The notes beneath the pieces are model-generated. The model saw only the letters and a program-made list of their open reading frames with translations. It ran no database searches and was not told the DNA's origin. A stretch of 60,053 nucleotides of DNA from a phage, in assembly GCA_012409925.1 (NCBI GenBank), contig GCA_012409925.1_4804.1. One strand, 5' to 3'. Positions 1-9,627 of this stretch are shown piece by piece; positions within the stretch are counted from its first letter, which is position 1; every line of letters begins with the position of its first letter. The translations under genes were made by a program, and so were the position numbers.

Positions 1-508
1 ACGAAGACACCGCGCCTTGAGTATTGTCGGTCACATATGCGTAGCGTGACGAAGAGTAATCCCAAGCCTCTCCACGGTTGAAAATCCACTTAAGCATGCG
101 GTTGATACTTTCGATGCGGCCATCACTTGTGAGCGTCAGATAACGAAGCTTAAGAAGTATGCGCGCTTCTTCGATATTCTTTACAACCTTCCCGCCAGCA
201 CCAAAGAAGTTGCCGCCGATGTTGTCAGCACCTTCAAAGTTGTCGCGCGTCGGGCCGAACGCCCAGTTGTGCTCATAATTGCTTAAGTCCACAAAGTCTC
301 TTGGTATGCAAAGAATGTCGCACCAAATATAAATGCCCATTGCATCACAAGTATCAATGTTGAAAATGTTGTTGTACCAGTCAGTCCAAAACTGATCTTG
401 GTATCTTTCATACCAGTCACTTTTCTTTTGCACCAAAGACGTGATGTTTGGCGCATTGTTCTGCATCCACTTAAGGTTTTGCAACAGGTTTGTGTCAAAC
501 TTTTGCAT
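1..508 (-). CDS. virion (tail/baseplate-region) protein, partial; 3' end beyond window start
   Basis: Minus-strand frame opening at ATG 506-508 with GAGGAA RBS just upstream, running off the window edge (N-term MQKFDTNLLQNLKWMQNNAPN...); absent from ORF track only because truncated; lies at distal end of baseplate gene run. Confidence 0.4.
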   Translation of the reverse strand, partial: MQKFDTNLLQNLKWMQNNAPNITSLVQKKSDWYERYQDQFWTDWYNNIFNIDTCDAMGIYIWCDILCIPRDFVDLSNYEHNWAFGPTRDNFEGADNIGGNFFGAGGKVVKNIEEARILLKLRYLTLTSDGRIESINRMLKWIFNRGEAWDYSSSRYAYVTDNTQGAVSS

Positions 509-514
509 AGTTCC

Positions 515-1786
515 TCACACAAATTTAACGTTGATGAAGCCGCGCATAGTATTCGCCTTATCCCAAGGATTGGCAATCCACTCGCTGCCGTAATCGGATG
601 GATAATTTGGCGCTGCCTGTCCGCTTTTCACTGCTGCAATTTTGCAATCTTTAATATACAAGCCTGGATACTCGCAAGACACTGCTGAAGCAATTTCAAA
701 AGAAGATTGAGATTGGCCCACTGCATATCCTTGCTCGCCGTTAAAATTGCCATTGCCGTAATTCAACACAGCGGCAATAATAGATTCCGCATCGGCGGTT
801 GCGGTGCCTCTTGAAACAGTAATATCGACATACAAGTCATATATTACTGCAGTGTTGAACTTCACGAAATAAGACAGTTGCGATTCTTCGTCGACAACTT
901 CTATTCCATCAGGAGAGTTGACTGGATTGCCCTGGTTGGCAGCACCAAAGTCCCACGGCTGGCCGCCCATTTTCGCTTTGAAAATAGTCTCAGCAAAAAC
1001 TTGCTTATCGAAAGTTCCGCTTGCGCACACCCAAACACCGTTAGGCGTTGAAAAGGTGATGCCGCGTACCGTTCCAGGCAATCCCGTGTCGTTCTCCACG
1101 ACCATCACAGATTCCACGCCGTCGACCGACATGGCGCGAGCGCGAATGGCACCAAGCGATGCAATGCCCTGCTGGTAAAGACGCTTAACGCGAGCGGCCT
1201 TTAATGCTCCGTCGCTCATGTATTGCGTTCCTGGCACAGTCGTCGTTGCTGATGTTGAATACGTTCTTGACCATCCGATGACGTCATAACCTTGCACCAC
1301 TGTAAACTCTTCATCAGGGGCAACAGTGAATGAGCCATACTCTTTTGATGCAAGAGTCATATTGCTTGTCTTGCCAGTCGAAGTGATTTGAACGTCTTCC
1401 AAAACATACCAGTATGTGCCGTTTGAATCCGTCAGCAAACTTCCAGCAGGAATTTCCAACAGCGGCGTTCCTTCTGCGGTAATTCCTTTCAACATCGTGC
1501 TGATGTTTTTCGTTCGCTCAATACCAAGCAATGCCGCGATGGCATCAAGGTATACGCCATATGAATAATTAGGGTTGATGAGACTTCCCAGCTCGGCGTT
1601 GTTCTTCATGACTGAAGTTCTTGCCAAAGTCTCTGTCGCGATTAGGGTGCCTTGCGGTGTCGAGGCATCAACGTCAAGCCCGACCCCTAATGACTCAATC
1701 CATTCGCTTTGAACGTCAGCCAGCAAATCGGCTGTGTCGATGGTTATTACACCAGTGCTTACTATGTAAGAATATTGTGCACTCAT
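515..1786 (-). CDS. baseplate/tail structural protein, 423 aa (wedge/J-like candidate)
   Basis: ORF track; start overlaps stop of upstream spike-like gene; Ser/Thr/Gly-rich composition typical of baseplate proteins; assignment by position only. Confidence 0.35.
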   Translation of the reverse strand: MSAQYSYIVSTGVITIDTADLLADVQSEWIESLGVGLDVDASTPQGTLIATETLARTSVMKNNAELGSLINPNYSYGVYLDAIAALLGIERTKNISTMLKGITAEGTPLLEIPAGSLLTDSNGTYWYVLEDVQITSTGKTSNMTLASKEYGSFTVAPDEEFTVVQGYDVIGWSRTYSTSATTTVPGTQYMSDGALKAARVKRLYQQGIASLGAIRARAMSVDGVESVMVVENDTGLPGTVRGITFSTPNGVWVCASGTFDKQVFAETIFKAKMGGQPWDFGAANQGNPVNSPDGIEVVDEESQLSYFVKFNTAVIYDLYVDITVSRGTATADAESIIAAVLNYGNGNFNGEQGYAVGQSQSSFEIASAVSCEYPGLYIKDCKIAAVKSGQAAPNYPSDYGSEWIANPWDKANTMRGFINVKFV

Positions 1787-2511
1787 TCTATCATATCCCC
1801 AGTTCTGTTTCCAGGTCCGTTACCTATGTGCCCGTGAGTGGATACATTTGTGCCGCCGATTGTGGTGCCAGTCGGAAGCGTTGCCGTCGTTCCTTCTTTC
1901 CCTTCTATACCACCATTGAATGTTGCCTTTCCATTCACTATCAGTTGTTGGTCGATAGTGGTGATTGGTGTTTTCACGTTTACCCCAGCTGATGCGGTTA
2001 TGTTTATCGAGTCATCACTTAATGCAATTCGTACAGCGCCGCTGAGTGACTGAATTACCATTGAGCCTGCATCCTCTCCGCTTATGGTGTATTTTCGGAA
2101 TATATCCGGTATGAACAGTCCATCAGCGAAAGTTTTAACGCGACCATTGGTAGGCGCGGTCGGCTTCAATTCTTCAAGGAATGTCGACAACTCGCGGTCG
2201 CCAGCGAATATCCAGCCCAAATCACCTTCTTTCAAAGGAAAGTTGATTACAAAGCCGCCGCCGCCGATTGCCAATACAGGAATTGACACCAGAGGTTGAC
2301 GCTCCACTGGTTTATCATCAAGACTTACGAAATGAATAACAGGCTTTATGACTGCTAAATTCTGTTTGCGGTCATAAGATATTACTTGTGCAGGAATCAT
2401 GCCGTCAGTGGTATACTTGCCACGGTCCAGCATTCCCTGCAGCGCGGCAAACATACTTGATTTGTCAGTTTGGTTGGGGCTTGTAAGTTGAGTTAACTTC
2501 TCTGCCATCAT
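1783..2511 (-). CDS. baseplate central spike/hub-like protein
   Basis: ORF track frame; start moved to ATG at 2511 (AAGGAG RBS 3 nt upstream; track used TTG at 2535); Gly-rich central part and C-terminal beta-rich tail ending in a THGH His motif reminiscent of spike-tip domains. Confidence 0.4.
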   Translation of the reverse strand: MMAEKLTQLTSPNQTDKSSMFAALQGMLDRGKYTTDGMIPAQVISYDRKQNLAVIKPVIHFVSLDDKPVERQPLVSIPVLAIGGGGFVINFPLKEGDLGWIFAGDRELSTFLEELKPTAPTNGRVKTFADGLFIPDIFRKYTISGEDAGSMVIQSLSGAVRIALSDDSINITASAGVNVKTPITTIDQQLIVNGKATFNGGIEGKEGTTATLPTGTTIGGTNVSTHGHIGNGPGNRTGDMIE

Positions 2512-2568
2512 AGACTCCTTATATCTGATCAACAAATTATAATCTATAAGGAGTCTATAAGCAATATT

Positions 2569-3090
2569 TTAGCGATTTGACTTTGATTCTTTAATGGCAG
2601 CTTCGTTTGAGTAGGCTTCATTAAGTGATTTTGCTATTAGTCCATCAAACATAGCGAATGCATCACGCAATGAATAATATTCTTCCAATTCTTTTAACGA
2701 AGCAAGACCATTGTTTATTAGGCTTGCAACCATCGGCTCAAGATAATTAGGCTCTACGGTCGGGACGTCAGCCAAGAATCTATTTGGAATCTTAGTGCCT
2801 TTCCAATCACTGAGGAATCCAAAATTGTGCTTCTTTACCGCTTCCATTAGAACTTTCAATACAAGGTTGGGCGGCAAGTGATTTGGCACACTTTTCACTT
2901 CTTCACTGATGGCCTTCTCAGAGTTTAATCTGACTTTAGTTCCGTCATATTTAATAACATGACATTCACTTAATAATTCAAGTGGAGTTAATATGCTTAT
3001 CGCATCAACCATTTCAAACGCGTCTATTGCGCTGAATTGATGTATTTCATAAGTAACTCCAAACAGCTCAATTACTTTATTCTTTCTCAT
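2569..3090 (-). CDS. hypothetical tail/baseplate protein, 173 aa
   Basis: ORF track; tightly packed between tail genes. Confidence 0.45.
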   Translation of the reverse strand: MRKNKVIELFGVTYEIHQFSAIDAFEMVDAISILTPLELLSECHVIKYDGTKVRLNSEKAISEEVKSVPNHLPPNLVLKVLMEAVKKHNFGFLSDWKGTKIPNRFLADVPTVEPNYLEPMVASLINNGLASLKELEEYYSLRDAFAMFDGLIAKSLNEAYSNEAAIKESKSNR

Positions 3091-3092
3091 AT

Positions 3093-3965
3093 TTAGGCCG
3101 ATGGTGCAACGCCGCCCGTCACCGTAAATATATCATCACGACTTGCTAAATCATATTCAAGTTGCATGATGACAAATGTGGTGTCGTTCAAGCTTGGGTT
3201 TAAGACTGATTTGAATTTCACACCTTGGGCAAGCTTCAAATCCGCGTTATACATGCAAGTGAAGTCAGCACCCCACTCGTTCCACATCGGTATTCCGACA
3301 AATTCCTCAATCACCGTTATCTGTTCTGGATTCAGAATTTTGTCTTTATCCTTGACGATGAGCGTATCATCATCGATATATGCCGCAATAGAGTTCCTTT
3401 GATAGTTCTGAATCTCAAGCAACAAGGCGGCTGCAACATATGTTGTGCGGCCTGGGTTAACAAGGCGCTGATTGTTAATCGAAGTATCGCATATAACAGT
3501 ATCAATATCCATTTGCTTTGCCGACCACTCCACAAACTCTTTGAATGTTGGGTTTGACGGTGCAGCTTGAGTGATAAACTTAGTCCTGTTTATCTGGTTG
3601 GTGTAGCAAGTGATGCGTATGACGATGTTCGGCGGCGGCGCTGTTATCTCGACCGTTGTGACTTGCCCCTTGTAGACTAAGTTGCTACTAACAACGTTGC
3701 CTTCTCTATATCCAGCTTCAATTGTTACGTTGACATAATTCGCCGCCAATTGGCCTTGATCACGCAGACGTTTGTTGAATGCGGTGAAGTTGGAAAGCAG
3801 GTACTCTCTTAAGTACCCTGTCAATCCTGCGACTTCGATTGTGGCCTTATTTTGCACGGAAAGTGCTGCCTTTTTAATTCGGCATCTAAGCATCAATCCT
3901 TCATCAAGCACTTGGCTTGTGCCATCCGGCATAGATAAGGTGACTTTAAGGATTCTCTTTTTCAA
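3093..3965 (-). CDS. hypothetical tail protein, 290 aa (distal-tail/hub candidate)
   Basis: ORF track; immediately downstream of tape-measure gene, the usual place of distal tail/hub proteins. Confidence 0.4.
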   Translation of the reverse strand: MKKRILKVTLSMPDGTSQVLDEGLMLRCRIKKAALSVQNKATIEVAGLTGYLREYLLSNFTAFNKRLRDQGQLAANYVNVTIEAGYREGNVVSSNLVYKGQVTTVEITAPPPNIVIRITCYTNQINRTKFITQAAPSNPTFKEFVEWSAKQMDIDTVICDTSINNQRLVNPGRTTYVAAALLLEIQNYQRNSIAAYIDDDTLIVKDKDKILNPEQITVIEEFVGIPMWNEWGADFTCMYNADLKLAQGVKFKSVLNPSLNDTTFVIMQLEYDLASRDDIFTVTGGVAPSA

Positions 3966-3969
3966 ATTA

Positions 3970-6150
3970 TCACCACTTCAAAGGTGTAGCAGTAAGGTTG
4001 TTTATGTCGTTGATATCATCTTGTTCAAGCACTCGTTTCGTTTCGAATGCCGTGCTGCGTGGGTCTTGAGCGCCGTTGATGTTGATGACAACGTTTTTCT
4101 GACCCATAGTAATATCACGCCCACCAGGTCGACTATTCGCGGAAAGGTCGCCGCCGTATTTCTGGAATGCTTCAAGTTGGAATGCAGCAAGACGAGCGTT
4201 TTTCATAGCTTCGGCTTGAATGTTCGGTCTTACACCTGGAGTTGAAGCCAGTTGCATATTTTTAATATAATCCCTTTGCGTTCCAAGCTTAAGGTAAGTT
4301 TGAGCAAAGTCAATATCACCTTTGTTTACTTGTCCCTGCATCAACTGCTCAACTGGTACGTTCAGGTATCCTGCAATGGCTTCTTGCAATTGCCTGTATT
4401 GCACCGTTTGGCGCGATTGGCCTTGCACTGGTGCATAGCTGCCCTTTGGTGCTTCCGCTCCGCTACCGCTAAGTACTGGAGTGACTGGTGCACCTTGCGG
4501 CGCTGCCGTGGCATACTCACCATTGGATTGTCGGTCGAGAGCGGCCATGACCTTTCCAGGATAAGCGCGTGTATTCTTGCCCCAGCCGCTGCGGTCGTAG
4601 CCGCCGTGATACATCGTCAGCGCAAGATTCCAATCGCCGTTGGCAGCGTTTAAATACTCTTTCAACAGTTGAGCGCCGCCCATAATGTTTTGTCTAGGGT
4701 CGTTGCCGTCTGTGATGCCAAGACCCTTGAAGTTAGAAGGCATGATTTGCATCAAACCAGTCGCGCCTGCTCCGCTCACAGCATTTGGATTGAATCCAGA
4801 TTCGACTTCAGTTACAGCCTTCATCATTGCTACAGGTATGCCATAGCGTTTTGAAGCTTCCTCATATATTGAGTCATATGCTGTCGGATTCCCTGACCCA
4901 AGATTATTCCCTACGGTCGCGCCAGTATTCAATGCTGGTGTTCCAGGCATCGCGGATTGCCCTGCGCTGCGCCCGATTTCACCTGCCCATGCCGCCCAAG
5001 CTTGACGCTCATCAATCACGCCAGCAAAGGTTGACACAGCACTTGAAAAAAGATTTATATCACGAGTAAAAAGAGCCTGTGCAGAACGTTGTTCAGCGGC
5101 GTTCTGTTCTTGATTCCTTTGGCGTTTAACATCGCCATCAGCCATTTGGGTGATCCATCGGTCAACCGCTCTTTCGTGACGTTCGTTGACAGCGGCCTGC
5201 TTGTCGAACGGATGTTTCAAGTCAGCGATGAAGTTGTCGACAAATTCGCTCCATCCGTCAGACATTCTCTGAAACATCATCTGGAATCCTTCGACTGTAT
5301 CAGCAGTTTTGCTGACAAGAGTCGAGAATGCAGGCATGACATTTTCACCAATTACCAACTCAATACGCCGCCAATCTTCTTGAATTTGCCCCATACTATT
5401 TCGTATAGTCTCAAGAGCAGCTTGCTGTCTTTGCAGCTTCGCGGTTTCTTCGTCGCTTATGCGCGTGCTTTCTTTCACAGACTGGTTGCGCTCACGAAGG
5501 GCGCGGACTTCATCGGCGGTAAAACCTGCCAGAGCACCAATAGCACGAGCGGTTTGCTCATTCACACTTCTCAGCTTTGTTCCAATTTCATCAAGCAGCT
5601 GATTCGTGTCTTTGATGCCGCCGTTACTGTTGAAAGGACTTGTCCCCATCTTGTTCAACAACAAGTTGTCCTTGTTCATCACATCGGGGTTGGTGTATGC
5701 ATTGAATGCCAGATTAGAAGCTTTGCTGATTAAGTCTCGCGACCCCTGTGCGCCAAGGATGCCACCTGAACTTTCATTCAACTGTCGTTGTAGTTGTTCG
5801 ACACCCATTGGAGAGAGTCCGGCTTCAAAACCAAGCTTTCTTTGCGCTTCGTATTCTTTTCGAACATCAACGATGGATTTGACGACGACAGCCAATCCTG
5901 CGACAACAGGGACGAGCGCGGCAAAACGATATGTCAGCCGCGCAAGTATTCCGTCAATTGACCCTAGCTCACCAGTAAGCGGCTTTAGCTCGCCAAAAAC
6001 ATCTTTGAATGCTCCAGAGAAATCTTTGCCAGCGGATTTTGCCTTTTTGCTTGTCTGATCAACCTTATCTTGCAATTGCTCAAGACGATTGATGGACTCT
6101 TTCAAGTCCACCGTATATTGAAGCACAAATTTTTCTAATGAGTCAGACAC
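3970..6150 (-). CDS. tail tape-measure protein with internal lytic transglycosylase (SLT) domain
   Basis: 726 aa, coiled-coil-like N-terminal two thirds with a hydrophobic segment (LVPVVAGLAVVVKSIV); SLT signature ...AVTEVESGFNPNAVSGAGATGLMQIMP...TMYHGGY... at approx 4530-4875. Confidence 0.8.
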   Translation of the reverse strand: MSDSLEKFVLQYTVDLKESINRLEQLQDKVDQTSKKAKSAGKDFSGAFKDVFGELKPLTGELGSIDGILARLTYRFAALVPVVAGLAVVVKSIVDVRKEYEAQRKLGFEAGLSPMGVEQLQRQLNESSGGILGAQGSRDLISKASNLAFNAYTNPDVMNKDNLLLNKMGTSPFNSNGGIKDTNQLLDEIGTKLRSVNEQTARAIGALAGFTADEVRALRERNQSVKESTRISDEETAKLQRQQAALETIRNSMGQIQEDWRRIELVIGENVMPAFSTLVSKTADTVEGFQMMFQRMSDGWSEFVDNFIADLKHPFDKQAAVNERHERAVDRWITQMADGDVKRQRNQEQNAAEQRSAQALFTRDINLFSSAVSTFAGVIDERQAWAAWAGEIGRSAGQSAMPGTPALNTGATVGNNLGSGNPTAYDSIYEEASKRYGIPVAMMKAVTEVESGFNPNAVSGAGATGLMQIMPSNFKGLGITDGNDPRQNIMGGAQLLKEYLNAANGDWNLALTMYHGGYDRSGWGKNTRAYPGKVMAALDRQSNGEYATAAPQGAPVTPVLSGSGAEAPKGSYAPVQGQSRQTVQYRQLQEAIAGYLNVPVEQLMQGQVNKGDIDFAQTYLKLGTQRDYIKNMQLASTPGVRPNIQAEAMKNARLAAFQLEAFQKYGGDLSANSRPGGRDITMGQKNVVININGAQDPRSTAFETKRVLEQDDINDINNLTATPLKW

Positions 6151-6153
6151 AGT

Positions 6154-6570
6154 TTACCCCTTGTTTGGAGTCTTGCCGCTGAGGAATGGCGCGATTAATC
6201 GCATCGATTCGCCGATGAATGCTGCAGCCATTTCGCCGCCAGCTTGTTCCCAGTAGCCTTCACGCTCGGCGTGGGTATCTGGGTTTATACCGTTCTCCAT
6301 GAGGACTGCTTCGAAGACTTCTTTAAGGTTTTCCCAGTCACCAAGATGGTTGTCAATTAGTGCACCAGTACTTAATGGGATTTCTTGGCCCACATCAAGC
6401 TCGACTTTTGCGAAGCTCAACACTTCCATCGTATACTCTGAACGAAAAGCAGGGTCTTTCGACATTGCAAATTCGACAAAGCGACGCTGAATATTCCAGC
6501 CTTCCATCGCAGTCATTTTGCTGATTTTAATTTCTACTGTACGACCAGTTTGTTTGTTGGTGATCTTCAT
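6154..6570 (-). CDS. tail assembly chaperone candidate, 138 aa
   Basis: ORF track; directly upstream of tape-measure gene; acidic. Confidence 0.35.
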   Translation of the reverse strand: MKITNKQTGRTVEIKISKMTAMEGWNIQRRFVEFAMSKDPAFRSEYTMEVLSFAKVELDVGQEIPLSTGALIDNHLGDWENLKEVFEAVLMENGINPDTHAEREGYWEQAGGEMAAAFIGESMRLIAPFLSGKTPNKG

Positions 6571-6571
6571 T

Positions 6572-7132
6572 TTATATTCCTACTGTTGATTTTATTTTAT
6601 TATATAACGAACTCACAGTTGTAGTCAAACTGACTGGTTCTTTAATAGCAACACCATTTGATGATTCGTCTGCAGATTGTTTAGGGTCGAAGCTTCCTTG
6701 AATGCTAAATGACGTTTGCTCGAAAGTTATTACTATTGAGACTCCATTCAAGTTTTCTTCTGACTGGGTTATTTCAACGTCGGACATCGACATTTTACTG
6801 GCAATGATGCTTCGAGAAGTTATTGAAAATGTGACTTCGTCATCATCAAATGAATTTATGATATTTTCAATTGTAGACTGGTCATTGCAAATTACGTTTA
6901 ACGCCATATGGGCTGGCATTACAACCTTTGCCGCCTGTAAATTGCTTACTGATGACGTGCTTGATACTTCGACAACCTGCATGGCTGTACCAGCAAGAGG
7001 GAATTGAGTTGTTTCTGCTGGGGATGTTATTTCTGCAGAAACAGGTGAAAGCCTTGTCCAGACAGGAAGACCTGTTGACTCATTCGTTATGGTCAAAGAT
7101 TGACCAGAAAGCAGAATCGAAACGAAGTCCAT
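6572..7132 (-). CDS. hypothetical tail-module protein, 186 aa
   Basis: ORF track; 1-nt spacing to neighbours. Confidence 0.4.
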   Translation of the reverse strand: MDFVSILLSGQSLTITNESTGLPVWTRLSPVSAEITSPAETTQFPLAGTAMQVVEVSSTSSVSNLQAAKVVMPAHMALNVICNDQSTIENIINSFDDDEVTFSITSRSIIASKMSMSDVEITQSEENLNGVSIVITFEQTSFSIQGSFDPKQSADESSNGVAIKEPVSLTTTVSSLYNKIKSTVGI

Positions 7133-7665
7133 CAGAACATCCCCTTGATACCATTCATCACCTTTGTAGCGACGCCAGTGACGCTGGCAGAAGTTTCTTT
7201 TATGTATGCAATGCCGCGCTCTATTACTGTTGAGTCGCCTGACTGCGCTGTTTGAATAGACACATCCTGCTGTGTTAATATCTCATGGAAGACCAATTGT
7301 ATGGGCTGAGACGTTATATTGTCAGCGTCCTGGCTGAAGTTGTTATTTTGCAGCACCATACGTTCGAATATTAGACCACGGGAATTAATTGTGTATATAG
7401 TCGACCTGTTTTGCAACATCTTAGCTATTGCATCTGATGCGCTTTTCGTCTGAGCTATCACGGTGACAGTGAGTATTCGCGGCATCTTTACTCTGCCATC
7501 GACAATATAGCTGCCGTCTTCCCTTTGGTTTTTGAATATCTTCGCTTGGAGTCTTATTTTGACGTTGACTATGGCCCATCCAAGCGTGGATACTTCTCCA
7601 AGGTTGAAGCTCTTTATCGTGAAGCTTCTGTTTGATAGACTATATGACAGTAAATCGATAGCCAT
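7132..7665 (-). CDS. hypothetical tail-module protein, 177 aa
   Basis: ORF track; start/stop overlap with neighbours. Confidence 0.4.
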   Translation of the reverse strand: MAIDLLSYSLSNRSFTIKSFNLGEVSTLGWAIVNVKIRLQAKIFKNQREDGSYIVDGRVKMPRILTVTVIAQTKSASDAIAKMLQNRSTIYTINSRGLIFERMVLQNNNFSQDADNITSQPIQLVFHEILTQQDVSIQTAQSGDSTVIERGIAYIKETSASVTGVATKVMNGIKGMF

Positions 7666-8162
7666 TAAATGGACCCCAATATGCTCTGCACCACGCCCTT
7701 GGCAATTTGAGACGTGCTCTGTGCGCCACCGTAGCTGGCAAACACAAATGTGTATCGGTTTGTCTTGCGACGGCCTGATTGCTCTATGGAGTCACCAAGC
7801 GGACCGCTGATTATCGTTCCGTTAGAGAATGCCACCCTTCCACCGTCAGGATATGTAATGAGCATCGATGTCACATCCTGAATTGGCAACCACTTGAATC
7901 CACCTTTACGGGCAGATAATAAAAGCTTAAGATTTATGTCGTCTTCAGTGTTTGGAATGACCGCAATGGATACGCGAACGACGGCGGCTTTGTCGTATAT
8001 GCAAATGCCGCCGTCGTAAGTAAGTTGATAACCTACTGATTCAACTTCCTCAATAATTAGCGAATCCTGGTCATCAGACAAAGAACTGATATTCAGCCCA
8101 ACAGGAAAAGATTGAAGAGCGACAATTCTAATGCTTGTGCCAAATCCACTAATATTGACCAT
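7665..8162 (-). CDS. tail tube-like protein, paralogue of 9113..9580
   Basis: N-terminus MVNISGFGTSIRIVALQSFPVG... aligns with MINVSGFGASIRLVASNTFPNG... of 9113..9580; similar length (165 vs 155 aa). Confidence 0.4.
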   Translation of the reverse strand: MVNISGFGTSIRIVALQSFPVGLNISSLSDDQDSLIIEEVESVGYQLTYDGGICIYDKAAVVRVSIAVIPNTEDDINLKLLLSARKGGFKWLPIQDVTSMLITYPDGGRVAFSNGTIISGPLGDSIEQSGRRKTNRYTFVFASYGGAQSTSQIAKGVVQSILGSI

Positions 8163-8164
8163 GT

Positions 8165-8431
8165 TTACTCCGCAGATGCAGATTTAACTGCAGCAAGAAT
8201 TTCATCCTTATAAGAAAGACCCTTGATGTCAATGCCATTTTCTTTAGCATAAGACTTCAATTCTGAAACGCTCATGGAATCAAAATCTAGTTTTTGTTCA
8301 ACGGATTTTTCTTCGACCTGCTCTTTGATTTCTGCAACAGGCTCAACCTTCTTATTAAACAGCTCTGATGCGTCTTCAAATTTTTCGCCAAATTTCATGA
8401 CGCCATTTGCAAAATGAATTACTTGTGCCAT
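8165..8431 (-). CDS. hypothetical protein, 88 aa
   Basis: ORF track; acidic, Lys/Glu-rich. Confidence 0.45.
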   Translation of the reverse strand: MAQVIHFANGVMKFGEKFEDASELFNKKVEPVAEIKEQVEEKSVEQKLDFDSMSVSELKSYAKENGIDIKGLSYKDEILAAVKSASAE

Positions 8432-8787
8432 TATTGATTACTCACCTTTATACGTTCGCCATAAATAGTCACCACTTCTGCAGTGAATCCAAGGATACCG
8501 TTTTGGATGGTGACAGTCAATGAGTCGATTCCGGCAACGTCTGCTTTCTTCAGAATAGCATCTGCAATCGACTTTCGCGCACCGTCTTCGTCAACGGGCG
8601 ACTTGAAAACGGTCCCCAAATAATCGACACCGTTTTCTATATCGTACAAGTCTTCACCAAGTCGCATCTGGTGCGCGGCCTTGATTACTTGCACCATCGC
8701 TTTTTCTCCTGAAAGAATATTTAAGTTTCTTCCATCAGGCAGAAAAAGGTCATTATTTTCGTTAACTTCAATTGTTAGAGTTGTCAA
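8431..8787 (-). CDS. hypothetical protein, 118 aa
   Basis: ORF track; overlapping start/stop with neighbours. Confidence 0.45.
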   Translation of the reverse strand: MTTLTIEVNENNDLFLPDGRNLNILSGEKAMVQVIKAAHQMRLGEDLYDIENGVDYLGTVFKSPVDEDGARKSIADAILKKADVAGIDSLTVTIQNGILGFTAEVVTIYGERIKVSNQ

Positions 8788-9113
8788 ATTGCAAACTCCG
8801 CTTCAGCAGTTGCCTGGAATTCAGCCAACTCAGATTCTGACATGTAATATAGATTACAGCCGCCAGAGTTAAAACTTTCATAATCAGGTACGCTGTCGAA
8901 AATGAAATTACCGTACCCAATCATGAGATACTTATAAGGCACCATTGGGATACCACCAAAACAGCGCACCCCTTGAATCAAAAGTTCACCGTTGCGGTAT
9001 ACGTCGGCGCACATGTGCTCGATAGCGGCAAAAATGTGCAACTGCCAATATGCACCGTCAACGTTAAAGCTGATATTCTGGTTAGGTACGCTGTCAAGTG
9101 GTATTTGATACAT
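8784..9113 (-). CDS. hypothetical protein, 109 aa
   Basis: ORF track; ATGA-type overlap with upstream gene. Confidence 0.45.
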   Translation of the reverse strand: MYQIPLDSVPNQNISFNVDGAYWQLHIFAAIEHMCADVYRNGELLIQGVRCFGGIPMVPYKYLMIGYGNFIFDSVPDYESFNSGGCNLYYMSESELAEFQATAEAEFAI

Positions 9114-9580
9114 TATAAAATCTCTTGGTTGCTCACGCCAGTTTTGACTACGTTCTCAAACTTGAAGCGATATTGACGTGTTTTCACACGACCTTGAGAC
9201 TGGATGCCAGGAATTACTGAACCAGTTGTCAAGGTGCCTTTGTTTAGCGTGATAACCATTCCAGAAGGATAAGTCAGCACAAGTGTGATCACGTCTTTTG
9301 CAGAGTTCTTACGCTTGCCTACGCGGTTTGCAGCTGCAAGAACGTCCAAGTTGACATCACTTTCAGAAGTAGGGATGATGTTCACACCTACTTCAAGCGG
9401 GTTTGCACGGTTCCATACTACTAAGTCACCGTTAAGGCCCATTGCGGCCTCAGAGATTTGCAGGTCCGGCGCGTCAATCGGATCAGCATCATCTGCAAAA
9501 TCAGAAAGAGTCACACCATTCGGAAAAGTGTTTGATGCTACCAAACGAATCGAAGCGCCAAAACCGGAAACGTTAATCAT
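9113..9580 (-). CDS. tail tube-like protein, 155 aa
   Basis: Immediately downstream of the 512-aa sheath-like gene; paralogue of 7665..8162; size typical of tube proteins. Confidence 0.4.
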   Translation of the reverse strand: MINVSGFGASIRLVASNTFPNGVTLSDFADDADPIDAPDLQISEAAMGLNGDLVVWNRANPLEVGVNIIPTSESDVNLDVLAAANRVGKRKNSAKDVITLVLTYPSGMVITLNKGTLTTGSVIPGIQSQGRVKTRQYRFKFENVVKTGVSNQEIL

Positions 9581-9627
9581 TACAGATTCCTCTCAGAGAG
9601 ATGGCCGCCAATTACGGCGGCAATTAT

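Noticed and set aside
283-576. Track ORF 283..576 (-), 97 aa
   Set aside because: Cys/Arg-rich and non-protein-like; it shadows the real partial gene 1..508 in another frame, which has an RBS and a protein-like sequence.
4252-6058. Plus-strand ORFs 4252..4653, 4669..4854, 4827..5069, 5089..5733 and 5606..6058
   Set aside because: All lie antisense inside the tape-measure gene, lack RBSs and have Cys/Arg/His-rich composition typical of spurious antisense frames.
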